This document shows positions 42,321 through 53,793 of a stretch of 64,000 bases of DNA, one piece after another. Origin of the DNA: Thecamonas trahens ATCC 50062. Lineage: Eukaryota; Protista; Apusomonadida. The DNA is taken from assembly GCF_000142905.1 (NCBI RefSeq), contig NW_013657669.1, positions 186,001 through 250,000 on the forward strand, given 5' to 3'. The notes below the pieces were generated by a model that worked only from the letters and a program-made list of their open reading frames with translations, was not told the DNA's origin and made no database searches. The position numbers and the translations under genes were made by a program. How positions within the stretch are numbered: the first letter of the stretch is position 1; every line of letters begins with the position of its first letter.

Positions 42321-43376
42321 TTATGCGTCGCGCTTGCGGCCAGTGTTGACGGTGGCGGCGGCGCGGTCGGCAGCGTCCCAGTGGTGGTCGAACGGATCGG
42401 CGCCGCCAACCGGGGCGTCGGCCTCGGTGGCAGCGGCGGCGGTCGCCGGGTCGACGGTGGGGAAGGGCGGGGAGGTGGGGAAGGTCTTGCGGATGGCGTC
42501 CGAGACAACGAGCCAGCCCTTGGTCGGGCCAGGGAGCGAGCCGCGGATGAGAACCACGTTCTCCTCGGGCACAACTTTGAGCACCTTGAGCGACTGCGAG
42601 GTCCGGTTCTTGCCGCCCATGCGCCCGGGCATCTTCTTGTTCTTCCACACCTTGCCCGGCCCCTGCGAGCCACCGGTCGAGCCACCATGCCGATGGGCAA
42701 CCGAGGTACCGTGCGAGGCCGACTGGCCCTTGAAGTTGTAGCGCTTCATGACGCCGGCAAAGCCCTTGCCGCGAGTCACGCCGCGGACATCGACGTACTG
42801 GCCGGGCAGCAAATGCGCGGCAGAGAGCTCGGTGCCGACCGGGAGGACCGCGTCGTCCGAGACGGCAAACTCGACCATCTTGCGGCGCGGCTCGAGGCCA
42901 GCCTTTGCATACACGGTCCGCTGCGGCTTGTTGACATGCTTGTCCTTGGCCTTGGCCGCCGCCACCACCAGCCGCGACGTCGGCTTGGGCATGGCCTTGG
43001 GGTTGATCTTTGCCTTGACCGGCTCGTCCTTCACCGAGACCACCACATTGTCGGGAAAGTGCACCACGGTCGCCGGATGCCGCTTGCCCCACTCGTCCCA
43101 GTACGGCAGCATGCCGAGCTTGACGCCGACCAAGCCGACTCTCCGCGAGCTAGCCGACCACTCTGCTGCTGGAATCCCAGCGCCATCCCCTCCCGCCTTG
43201 TCTTGCTCAACTTGGCCACCAGTCTCGCTCGCATGCGCTGCCTTTCCGCTGCTGGCAAACCGCTGGCTCGTCACCACTGTCGCCGTCCCTGCCACAGCCG
43301 TGGATGGCAACCGGCTCACCGCCCGTCCCGCCGCCGCGGCAACCGCGCTCGCTCCCGCAACCGCAGCACGGAGCAT
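42321..43376 (-). CDS. MRPL3: Mitochondrial ribosomal protein uL3m
   Basis: Presequence MLRAAVAG...; GVKLGM; GQYVDVRGVTRGKGFAGVMKRYNF; HRHGGSTG; KKMPGRMGG. Confidence 0.95.
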   Translation of the reverse strand: MLRAAVAGASAVAAAAGRAVSRLPSTAVAGTATVVTSQRFASSGKAAHASETGGQVEQDKAGGDGAGIPAAEWSASSRRVGLVGVKLGMLPYWDEWGKRHPATVVHFPDNVVVSVKDEPVKAKINPKAMPKPTSRLVVAAAKAKDKHVNKPQRTVYAKAGLEPRRKMVEFAVSDDAVLPVGTELSAAHLLPGQYVDVRGVTRGKGFAGVMKRYNFKGQSASHGTSVAHRHGGSTGGSQGPGKVWKNKKMPGRMGGKNRTSQSLKVLKVVPEENVVLIRGSLPGPTKGWLVVSDAIRKTFPTSPPFPTVDPATAAAATEADAPVGGADPFDHHWDAADRAAATVNTGRKRDA

Positions 43377-43671
43377 TTCTTTGGTATGTTACGTGTGAAC
43401 AGAAACCTGCTAGTAAGGGCTTGGCTCTGGCCGTCGGTGTTGTGGCTGGTGTTGGTCGTGTGGCTCGTAAGTCGTGAGGTGTGGGTGAGGTGTCCGTCCC
43501 TTCGGCTGGTCGGCCGGCCTGGGGGGGGGGGGGGAGGGGTGACAGTCTCTTGATCGACTCGGCTGCTGATCGGACGGTCGGATGATCGGCTTGCGAGTTT
43601 GACGCATGCATCGCTGCTGAGATGGTGCCCGTCATCGACGAGTCATGGACGGCCGAGGCCATGCAAGTTGG

Positions 43672-45018
43672 CTACTTTAGCACAAGAGACTCTCCGGAAA
43701 AGTCGCGAAGTGGTGGCTGGCATAAGAGATACTTGTGCCGCGCCCCGAGCGAGGCCATCCGAGATGGGAGGATGCCGCGGAGGATGCCACGATACAGCCA
43801 CTTGTGCCGCCTGATCTCCACGGCTGCGAGCGAGGGCACGATGGTGGCAAGTATGATGTACGGGACAGTCATGACCCAGAAGAACGACGAGGTGGTGGCG
43901 GCGACAGCGGTGCCCGAAACGACATACCAGCCAGCGCCTACGGCAACGACCTCAATGTCGGCCAGCGTCGCGTGGAGCCGCGCCATCACCTCCCGGCTGA
44001 ACGGGAGCCCGACGCTGTGGATGCGGAGGAAGAGCGGGCTCTCGCCCTCGATGCTCGAGCCAAGCCAGCGGATGCTGAACCGCGGGAGGAGGGAGCCGGC
44101 GATCGCCACAAGCAGCGGCGCCTGGCGGCTCCACGGAGACGCGTCGTCTGTAGCCGTGCCCTGGAACCAAGCCGCAAGCGACGCCAGAGGAAGTGTCGAC
44201 AGTGCAGCAAGGACAAGGTACTCGCAGCGATCGGCGACTGCTGCGGCGCGCGCAGTGAGCCCTCGCCACGCCAGCCCTCCCGCTGTTGTCAGCCACACCA
44301 TCGCCAACGGCAGCAGAGCGAGGCCGAGCAGGTGCGGGACTATGTCAGGCAAGACGCCGTCGGCGAGACAGCAGAGCGCAGCCAAGGCTCCGGCGCCCCA
44401 CAGTAGGATCCAAACCCAGCCCGCAGATTCGATCGAGCTCACGCCGATGTGCGGCACCATGGCTTGGAGCCAGAGGACGAGCGGGACAAGCGCCGTCCGA
44501 GCCGGCCACCCCACCGCGCCGTCCACCAGCAGCGGCGCAAGCAGCGTGCCAGCCGCCGTCACTACTCCAACATAGCCCAGCTCGGCAAGCCGCAGCATGG
44601 ACAATCTCAGCTTGATTGCATCCCGCCGCCGTTGCTGGTGCTCATCAGCAAACTGGCGCTCCAAGATCCACACGAGGCGCGCAAAGCGGGCCCGCTGCGT
44701 CGCCACGCCCGGCAGCGACTGCTCCCTGAGCCCTCCCACCACCGACATCGCCGCATCGCCCCAACACGGCTCTTCTTCATCGATGGAGCCACCATCGCCT
44801 CGCCAATTCTCTCCAGTTCTTCTCAACACCACTCGCGTCCGCCACAGTACCGAGTCCTCAGCCACCATCCTCCATCGCCTGCACACTGCCCGTGCCTGCA
44901 GCAGCGACGGCGTGTCTAGCAGGCCAAAGACGGCCAGCAACAGCTCCAGCGGAAGGTTGTCCATTCCACAATCAGATGACCCTACTCCATCATCACAGCC
45001 ATCATCAACAACGTCCAT
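43672..45018 (-). CDS. F-box protein with a multi-pass membrane C-terminal region (start uncertain)
   Basis: LPLELLLAVFGLLDTPSLLQARAVCRRWRMVAEDSVLWR, followed by several hydrophobic segments. Confidence 0.75.
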   Translation of the reverse strand: MDVVDDGCDDGVGSSDCGMDNLPLELLLAVFGLLDTPSLLQARAVCRRWRMVAEDSVLWRTRVVLRRTGENWRGDGGSIDEEEPCWGDAAMSVVGGLREQSLPGVATQRARFARLVWILERQFADEHQQRRRDAIKLRLSMLRLAELGYVGVVTAAGTLLAPLLVDGAVGWPARTALVPLVLWLQAMVPHIGVSSIESAGWVWILLWGAGALAALCCLADGVLPDIVPHLLGLALLPLAMVWLTTAGGLAWRGLTARAAAVADRCEYLVLAALSTLPLASLAAWFQGTATDDASPWSRQAPLLVAIAGSLLPRFSIRWLGSSIEGESPLFLRIHSVGLPFSREVMARLHATLADIEVVAVGAGWYVVSGTAVAATTSSFFWVMTVPYIILATIVPSLAAVEIRRHKWLYRGILRGILPSRMASLGARHKYLLCQPPLRDFSGESLVLK

Positions 45019-45414
45019 TAGCTCGTTCTCCACTTCCCCACCTGTATCCGAGAGCACGGACTCCCACTCGTGGAGGTAACTAACGTCAACGTCAACCAAG
45101 GCGAACCACGATGTGAGGCCTTCGTTGGTCTACAGATGAGACAAGTGCTGGGAGTGAGTTGTGTGTAACGTGTGAGACTGATGTTAGCCCTGTGTGACAT
45201 GGCTCGAGACAGATTGGTTGTCACGGGGCGAGGGCAGGGAGAGGAGGACCGAGACAGAATCGGTGACAGGCAGAGAGGGGGAGGGGGGGAGGGGGGGGGG
45301 GGGGGGGGATGGCTGACCAGCCAAAGATTGTAGGCACAGGCTTTGGCTTTGTGGCTCCGGCTCCGGTCTTCATTTCTCTACTTGACCATGCGGCATTGCT
45401 GCGGGTTGGGGGCC

Positions 45415-48213
45415 ATGAACTTGTTTCTTCTGGGGGCTGCGATGGTGTGTGTGCTGGTGGTGGTGAGCGGTACGTGCAGGGGAGGGGTGAGGGGAGAGGA
45501 CGGGGGGGGGGGAGGGAGGAGGGGTGGAGGGGGGGGGGGAGGTGCGGCGGCTGGTGCTTACCTTGGAACGCGCTTTCGTAGGGACTCCGACACGGACGTA
45601 CAGCTCATGCCGGCTGGTGACTGAAGTGAGCACGGGTTTCGAGTACAAACTCTACTGGAAGTACGTTGTGGGCCTTGCCTTTTGTCCTCGCTGTGTTCAT
45701 GTTCAGTTCAGGAGGAGGTAAACGGTGAGGGGAAGGGGGTGCGGGGTGGAGGGGACGTACGTGATCAGCGCCTGATCAGCTCCTCATCACCGCCTTTTCC
45801 CCTCACCTGCCCCCCCCCCCCCCCCTCCCCCCGTCCCCCTCCCCCTTCCCCCCCTCCCCCCCCCCCTCCACAGTCCACACTCACCCCCTCTCGACCTTGT
45901 GGCTGGCCGAAACCTGACTCGCGCACGGTCTTTTCCTGCGAATGGCCGACGCGCACGGTCTTTTCCTGTGAATGGCCGACGGGACAGCACGCTGACCGGC
46001 ACGTCGACGTCGATCAGCATGGCAATGGAGGCCAAGGTGGACGGATGGGTTGGTTTGGTGTCGGCGGGAGCCCGTTGATGAGCGGGATCGACACCCAGGT
46101 CGGCATGATGACCGGCGGTGGGGCGGTTGTTGACGGAATGTCGTCGGGGACAATCCGACCGACGGCGGATGGCACCAACGACAACACAGCTGTGGCGGTC
46201 AAGAATGTGGGCGGAGTGCTGACGGCTGAGTTTGATCGGGTGCTCAACACGGGCGACGGCAACGACAACGTGTGGTTGGCGACCGGGATCAACTCAGTGG
46301 TGGTGGCGGTGGGCACTGGTGGCACACCTACGACGACTGGATCGTACGGTGGACATGCGGCGCGGGCGCGGTTCAACCTCGACTTTTCGGTGGCATCATC
46401 GTGCCCTGCGCCTCCGTCGCCGCCGCCGCCGCCGCCTCCGTCGCCGCCACCGCCTCCGTCGCCGCCGCCTCCGCCTCCGTCGCCGCCGCCGCCACCTCCG
46501 TCGCCGTCACCACCACCGGGGGTCACCGCGCCGCCGCCGCCGTCGCCATCCCCACCTCTGCCGTCACCGCCTCCTCCGCCGCCCCCGTTCTTTAGTGGAT
46601 TCTCGTGCCAGGACGTTGGATTGGATGGCATGAAGGTTGCCTGGCAGCCGATCACAGGATCCGACACATCCATCACACTCGGAGTCTCGGTCCCGGCGGC
46701 GGCTGGCTGGGTGAGCATGGGTCTTGTTCCCAACGCGAGGTCGATGGCCAACGGCGACTTTGCGTTTGCGTATCTGGACGGAACGACGCCGAGAGTGCTT
46801 GACACGTACCGCGGAGCTGGATCGGGCGTGGTCTCGATCGATTCCACGAACGACTACACCGGCGTGACGGTTGAAAACTCGGGCGGCCTGCTGCAGGCCA
46901 AGTTCACGCGCAATCTGGTGACCGGCGACGGGCAGGACCGCGACATTGTGGCGGGCAACAACCTTGTGGCATGGGCATTCAACTCGGACACTAATCCTTC
47001 GAATCCGCCGGCCAACGGCGATTACCACACGGCGCGTGGTGCGATGAACATCGACTTTACGACCTCGACGCCGTGCGTGCCGTCACCACCGCCGCCGCCT
47101 ACCTCGCCGCCGCCGCCACCCACTTCTGGCGGCGGGGCAGGGGCCATCGACCTCAGCTCTGCATTTACCTTTTCGGACGGCCCGTTCACGATGCGATTCA
47201 AGGTCGACACCGTCAACAACCAGGTCTCGTTTGCGCTCTCCAAGTCCGGCTCGGCCGGATACGTGGCCATCTGTTTCACCGAGAGCGCCGGAGTCATGGG
47301 CCCGGGCGACTCGTACGTGGCGTTTGCGTCGTCGGCAGCATCGGGCGGGTACGTGGTCTCGGATCGGCAGAATCCCAGCGGCAAGTCGGCGCCGCCGGCG
47401 GATGCCAAGCAGGACGTGCTCGGCGTGAGCGGGTCAGAGACTGGTGGAGTGATGACGGTCGAGTTTGTGCGGGCGCTCGACACTGGCGACAACGGCGATG
47501 TAGTCATCAACGACGCCGACATCAACATTGTCTGGGCGATTTCCGACAGCGCGACGCCAGGCGGCGGAGCTGGGTCGGCGACGTCGGGGGTGAGCAAGCA
47601 CTCCACGACGTCGACGGCTGCGATCAAGATCAACTTTTTCACCGGCAAGGTGTCCAAGGACGACCTTCGCGAGAAGCTCATCAAGGCGCACGCGTGGATG
47701 ATGATCATCTCGTGGGTGGTGCTCATTCCTGTGGGCATTGTGGTGGCGCGATTCCTCAAGGACAAGCTCGGAGTGTGGTGGTTCCGTGTCCACCGGTTCA
47801 CACAGTGGATGGCGGTGCTGGCGACGTTTGCGGCGTTTGGGATGGCGATCTGGTTCACCAACGAGGACTTTAAGGGCGAGAACAAGAGCCACAAGCTCAT
47901 CGGACTTGCTGTCGTGCTTGTAGCGTTCCTGGAGCCTGTTCTCGGCGAGCTCTCGAACCTGATGTGGTCGCCGGACCGGAGCGGGACGCCGTGGTTCCCG
48001 GACAAGATCCACTGGTGGGTGGGCCGCGGGCTCACGCTCCTTGCGATGATCAACTGCTTCCTCGGGATGAAGGCGAAAGAGTGGGGCGCGGCGCCATACG
48101 TCATTGTCAGCCTGCTCGTGGCAGGCTTTGCAGTTGCGTGCGTTGTGCTTCAGTTCACCATCGGCGACGTCCACCACGATGCCGGCAACGACAAGGAGAT
48201 GGACGATTTGTGA
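45415..48213 (+). CDS. 3x DOMON + cytochrome b561 transmembrane reductase (FRRS1/CYBDOM-like); 3 exons; one frameshift
   Basis: Signal exon 45415-45469, exon 45582-45660, exon from 45988; missing T near 46055. DOMON motifs GWV/GYV, M..xD and R.L.TGD occur three times. b561 His ligands: KAHAW, RVHRF, SHKLIG, KIHWWVGR. SPPPP linkers. Confidence 0.88.
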
Positions 48214-48597
48214 GTCGCAGCTCGGGCTTGATCACTTTACTAAATGCTCATCGGACTTGCTGTCGTGCTTGTAGCGTTCCTGGAGCCTGTTCTCGGCGAG
48301 CTCTCGAACCTGATGTGGTCGCCGGACCGGAGCGGGACGCCGTGGTTCCCGGACAAGATCCACTGGTGGGTGGGCCGCGGGCTCACGCTCCTTGCGATGA
48401 TCAACTGCTTCCTCGGGATGAAGGCGAAAGAGTGGGGCGCGGCGCCATACGTCATTGTCAGCCTGCTCGTGGCAGGCTTTGCAGTTGCGTGCGTTGTGCT
48501 TCAGTTCACCATCGGCGACGTCCACCACGATGCCGGCAACGACAAGGAGATGGACGATTTGTGAGTCGCAGCTCGGGCTTGATCACTTTACTAAATG
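47895..48597 (+). repeat. Apparently exact 351-bp tandem duplication of the 3' end of the DOMON-b561 gene
   Basis: 47895-48245 is repeated at 48246-48596; this creates ORF 48244..48564. Confidence 0.95.
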
Positions 48598-48771
48598 ACA
48601 CTTTGTTTTTAGCAGATGTTGAGCCGATGTCGACCGGTCGTACATGAGTGTGATGATCTCGAACGGTCTGCGTGTGCCATCACCCAAGCCAGCGTGTCGA
48701 CGGTCACACTTTGACCTGTCCATGCGGCAAAGGCAACCACGGCGCACCACCTCACGGCAGGAAGGAGAAAT

Positions 48772-51700
48772 ATGTCCAGTGGTGCGACAGAGGCCTTTGT
48801 CTCGTGTGTAGCATGCGTGCTGCACCGCGAGGTGGTGGCTCCGCCCCCAGGGCTCTACTCGCCGGCTCATGGCTGGTCCTCCTCGAGGAGCGGAGCAGGC
48901 AGACGGTCGAGGAGGAGCGACGGCGACGGAGCTGGGCACCGGGCGTCGGCTGACGAGACGGAGAGCCCTTGGGTGGTGGTTGATCACGGTGTGGGGAATG
49001 GACAGTCTGCTCGCGAGCCCAGATCAGCCGGGATGAGGGCCAAGGCGAGGTCGAAGGATCCGGGTGGCAGCCATGTCGAGCAACAGCAGCCATCAGCGTC
49101 GACGCTGGGAGCCCTGCTGGCGCTCCCACAGCAGATCGGTCGAAGAATCCTCAATGCCTTTGAACTCTCGCCGGCTGAAGCCGAGAAGGCGCTGGACGCG
49201 CGTGGATCGCCGCTCGCACTCTTGCGCAACATACTCATTGCGCTGCTTGCTGAAGGCGAAGGCGAAGACGAGGTGGATGGTGCGGAAGAGGAAGGACCTG
49301 CGCATCATATGCTGCGGGCGTTGGAACTGTCCATGGGGGTGTTTGCGGGTGCGGCACTGCGGCTGGAGCTTGTGCCCGACGGCGTGTTTGAGCTCCCGGC
49401 GCAAGTGCCGGTAGTCAAGGCCGTGACCAAGAGCCAGCCGCTGGCATCTGCGGCGTCTGCGGCCAAGTCGGCGCTATTGTCGGCGTTTTCGTTGCCGTCG
49501 TCGTCGTCGGCAGCGTCGTCGGCAGCGTCGTCGGCAGCGTCGGCAGCTGCGGGCGGCGGCAGCTGCGGGCGGACCGGAGAGGCTGAACGGCTACCGGTTT
49601 TGTGGCACTGTACACATCGTCGGCGAGCGCGGCGGTGGTGGTGCCTGCGCGGGCGGTGGGCGAGCGGCAGTATGTGCTTGAGCCGCAACCGAGCGAGCGC
49701 GAGCTGGTCTTTATGCTCTCGCAAGCCGACGAAGAGCTGATTGCGGTTGTGGGCTTTGCACGGAGCCTTCCGCCCAACCCGTGCAAGCTGTCGGCACTGA
49801 TCGATGCGCCAGGAGTGGCGATTGTCGGCTCAATGACGACGAGTCCACACGAGCTCCTCGATCCGAGCCGGCCGCCGTCGTCGCCACTGGTGTTTGACCT
49901 CCAGTTCCCCGGCAGCACACCGCGCGGCGACCGGACACTGTGGCGGGCGTTTCTGAACTGTATACAGGAGGCTGGCGCGAGTGCAGGCTCGGTCATTGAC
50001 ATGGGCGGCGCAATGCGTGGGGCCTACAGTGTGCCGCAACCTGCGCGTGCCGAACTAGCGGAGCTGCTGGCGTCTGCACCGATGGTGGTGGTGCCGGACG
50101 GACTTGGAGTGGTCGAAGCAGCGGCGAGCGCGTTTGCTCACGATGACGTCCAGGCTGTTTTGACGCGGACATCGCAGGTTTACAGCTCGATTCTGGCGCC
50201 CTTGGCGTACCTGCACGGAGTGAGTGCGCGTAAGCTGCGAAGCGCGGTGTTGCGGGCCGCGACGGCGCGACTTGGTGCGGCACCGCATGCGTTCCGAGCT
50301 TTTTGGACGGCATACACTGCCGAGGGTGAGGCGAGCGAAGCCGAACGCGAGGCGGTGGAGACTGAAGAGCTTTTGGAGCTACTCTCAGACTGGATTGTGC
50401 GCATGCACGAGGTGTTTGGCGCCGATGTAGGCGCGGTGGCAGTGGCGGTGGCGGCGTACCGGCAGATTGCGGAGCGGCTAGGAAGGGCATCGGACGAGGT
50501 GGCAGCGCAGCTGGGGGCGTACTTGAAGGGCGCAGCAGTGTCACACCACCGTGCGCTGGTGCCTGCGCCCGTGGACGAGAGCAAGATCCTGCGGGCGGTA
50601 CACGAGCTTGCAGGTGCACTTCGATTTGCAGCCGACTACACGGCGTATGCGTTTGACGAGGTTGTGGCAGATCCAGTGGCAACGCTTGCGGCGACACACG
50701 CGTCGATGCTCTTGCTCGATGTTAATCAGCTGCTTTTTATCCGGCTGGAGAGCGCGAGAGCGGGCGGCGCCGGGCGGCACTGGGTCAAGGGCGTACTCAA
50801 GGTTTATGCTGGGATGTGCGAGCTTGCTGACGAGTGGGAGGCACCGAGCGATGCTTGGTTTGCCGACGTAGGCTACCGATCTGCGCTTTTTGCGCCGGTG
50901 CTCTACGAGTATGTGGCATACGCAAGCGCGGCGCTGGGGGAGTACGTAACGACGCTTGTGGAGAACGACTCGTTTGAGGCGCTGGGCGGGGCCAGCGATG
51001 CGCGGTACTCGGTGTCTGCCGCAAACCTGCCTGCGCAGCTGGCGGATAGCTTTGAGTTTGTGCGGCGGCTGCCGGGCGTACCGCCGACAGTTCTGATGGC
51101 GCTTGGTGTTGCGCTCTCGTCCGCGGTGAAGCGGTACGCCGACGCGCTGCTGGCATCGTCGCTCGAGGTTGACGAGAGTGAGCTGGTGGTTGTGGAGGCG
51201 CCCGGGGTTGCGCCGGCACTGATCTCGGCGTCGCTCAAGTCAGCCAAAGCGCTGGCAGATTCATCGCGTTCGCTAGCCAAGTCTGCGAGCTCTGCCGCCA
51301 AGTCTGCAGGGACAGCGGCGAGCTCGTCGGCCAAGGCGGCGTACCGCAAGCTCTCGACCAAGGTCAGATGGCTGAAGTGGGGCAGCAGCGGCGAGGCCGA
51401 GGCCGAGGCTGAGGCCGAGGCCGGCCCGGTAGCGACGGTTGAGGTGGCATGCGGAGCTGAAGCGACGGGCGAAGCCGAGGAGGCAGCGGGTGAAGCCGAG
51501 CCTCCGAGCGAGGACTCGTCGGAGATGTCGATACCCCCTGCGGTTCATGTGTCGGCTGCGGTGGCGTTCAACAACCTGGTGCATGTGCGCGAGGAGATGG
51601 CGGATGTGTTTGCGGTGGTGGAGGCGTCTGCAGGCAACGCGTCGGCAGCGGCAGCGGCAGCAGCGCTTGCGCAGGCCGAGGGGGGAGGAGAACGCGGGCT

Positions 51701-53197
51701 CGCTGCAACTGTGAGTCCAGAAACCGCGGGGTCAGCCAAGTCTGCGTCATCAGTCATGTATCGCGAGGTGCAGCTTGTCGAGCATCAGCGGCGTGAGACG
51801 ACACTATCGCCGTTCTACCCGTCATGGCTTCCACACGAGCCACCGGCGCTCGCGCTCGGCAACAACCCGTACGTGCGTGCGCGGGTGGAGCACCTCGAGG
51901 AGGGCCGGCCGCCGACGAGTGCACCCGGGCGATGGGAGTGGAGCACGAACTGGAAGGTAGGCGGGTGGGAGCACGGACGGGACTGGGTCGGGCCGTTCGA
52001 GTCTGAGATCATGGGCGAGGCACTGGTGCGACGACGGGTGTGGCGGCGAACCGAGATGTTTGTGGCCGAGGTGGCCGGCGTGAGCGCGACTGAGTGGCTG
52101 GAAGTCGAGGTGCTCGAATGCGGCGCGGGAAGTGGTACTACCGAGACCGGAATGCATGTTCGGAGCGTGGGCAGCAGCGATGGAACTCGGGCTGGCAGCG
52201 ACGCAGGCGAAGCGAGCAGCGAGACCGAGTCGTCGCTTCTGCCGTGGGAGAGTGTGGGCGAGGCCGAAGGCATGCCATCGCGCTGCCGGCCTACGACGCA
52301 GCTGTCACTAGAGGAGATGCTTGTGAATGTGGAAGCGTCGCTCGAGTTCATCTCGCTCGGCATCGAGGCGCTGAGCTCGCAGCTCGCAGGTGAGGCGGTG
52401 GACCAGGTGCAGCGGCTTGCGAAGCGTGCGTTTGGTGCACAGCCGCTGTCGTCAGGCACCGTGCTCAACGTGCTGGGCAACATTCTGGATGCACTCGAGC
52501 GGACGCTGTCGGAGCTCGCTGCTGTAGGGCGTGACGGAGTGGTTGGACGGGTGTGCGTGGCCTGGCTTCGGGCCGCGTTTGAAGAGCTGGGGACCAGCAC
52601 GAGCTCACTTGCTGCATCGCACGAGTGGCTCCACGAGTCTGTCGAGGTGTTTGGTGATCGGGTGTCTGGCGGCGAACGCCGGCGTCTGCGATCGGTGTTT
52701 GCGCGGCATTGTGCGAGCGTGAGCACGTACACGGACGCAGGCGCGCGGGTGAGCAGAGGCGGCGAGCACAGCGACGTGTTTGCGTTTGTTCCCGAGGATG
52801 GAGGTGAGAGTGACGACGACGACGAGGAAGAACGGACGAGCCACAGTCGGCCCGAGTGGGTGGCCGGCTCTGGTAATGAGTGGTTCTGGCTCGACGGCGA
52901 GGTGCTGGGGTCGGGTGCGGTGTGCGGGCGCCCGATGCACGGCTGGTGCAGATCGCCGAGATTGTGTCGATCGGGTACGAGACTGACGGGCACGAGCTGG
53001 ACATGTCGCTACTGGACGGCAGCCGTGTGCAGGAAAGGCTTGTGCGGCTCGGGCACTTGGGCGAAGACGCGGCCGGGGCTGACGCGTTTGTCGGTGAGCT
53101 CCGTGCGCGCGCCAAGCAACTGTCGCCGATGTACCGGATGGCGCTGCGGCGTGGGCGCGGGTACAGTAGCGGCCGACGGGGTGGCGCGGTTCATTGA
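48772..53197 (+). CDS. Munc13/CATCHR (MUN, MHD1-like) protein with an inserted DysF domain; two frameshifts
   Basis: MHD1-like LFAPVLYEYV...LVENDSFEAL...YSVSAANL and AFNNLVHVR. DysF-like VEHQRR...WEWSTNW...GWEH...LVRRRVWRR. Single missing bases at about 49600 and 52927 join three frames that end at TGA 53197. Confidence 0.6.
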
Positions 53198-53214
53198 AGG
53201 GCAGGGAGCAAAGT

Positions 53215-53793
53215 CTATCCCAGGGCATCGGAGAGCCAGTCGAGGCCCTCGTAGAGGCCATCGCCGGAGACACCGCAGCAGGCCTGGATGTACCAGCGAT
53301 GGCGGAGTTCGGAGAGTCCCATGCGTTCTGTGACAGCCGACGGGTCGAGGGCGCCCGGGAGATCCTGCTTGTTTGCCAGGACGAGGACGACAGCGTCTGC
53401 AAGCTCTGGCGACTCGAGGAGAGTAAAGAGCTCGGACTTTGCCTCGTCCATGCGATCGGTATCATTCGAGTCGACAACAAAGATGACACCGTGCGAGTTC
53501 TCGGTGTACCTCTTCCACAGCGATCGGATCTTGTCCTGGCCTCCGATGTCCCACACCGTAAACTCGATGTTCTTGTACTTGACCGACTCGACGTTGAAGC
53601 CGATGGTAGGGATGGTGGTGATGACCTCACCCAGCTTGAGCTTGAACAACACCGTCGTCTTGCCTGCTGCATCGAGACCGACCTGTGTGAAGAGCGGAAG
53701 GAGGTGAGGAGGAGGAGGAGGGGTGGGGTAGGGGTAGGGGGGTTGGGAGGGTAGGGGGGGGGGGGGGGGCGGTACCGATGAGGATACGCTTCT
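53215..53793 (-). CDS. Arf-family small GTPase (5' part in the gap)
   Basis: KRILI at the gap edge; intron about 53775-53683; then [30 protein letters not shown] and GLYEGLDWL. Confidence 0.93.
   Translation of the reverse strand, partial: RSVSSSVPPPPPPLPSQPPYPYPTPPPPPHLLPLFTQVGLDAAGKTTVLFKLKLGEVITTIPTIGFNVESVKYKNIEFTVWDIGGQDKIRSLWKRYTENSHGVIFVVDSNDTDRMDEAKSELFTLLESPELADAVVLVLANKQDLPGALDPSAVTERMGLSELRHRWYIQACCGVSGDGLYEGLDWLSDALG

Noticed and set aside
45921-45980. 30-bp direct repeat as a CRISPR-like element
   Set aside because: Two adjacent copies with no spacer inside an intron; a simple tandem duplication.
52928-53333. Apparent overlap of the 49602..53333 ORF with the Arf gene
   Set aside because: It disappears after one-base repair near 52927, which ends the gene at 53197.
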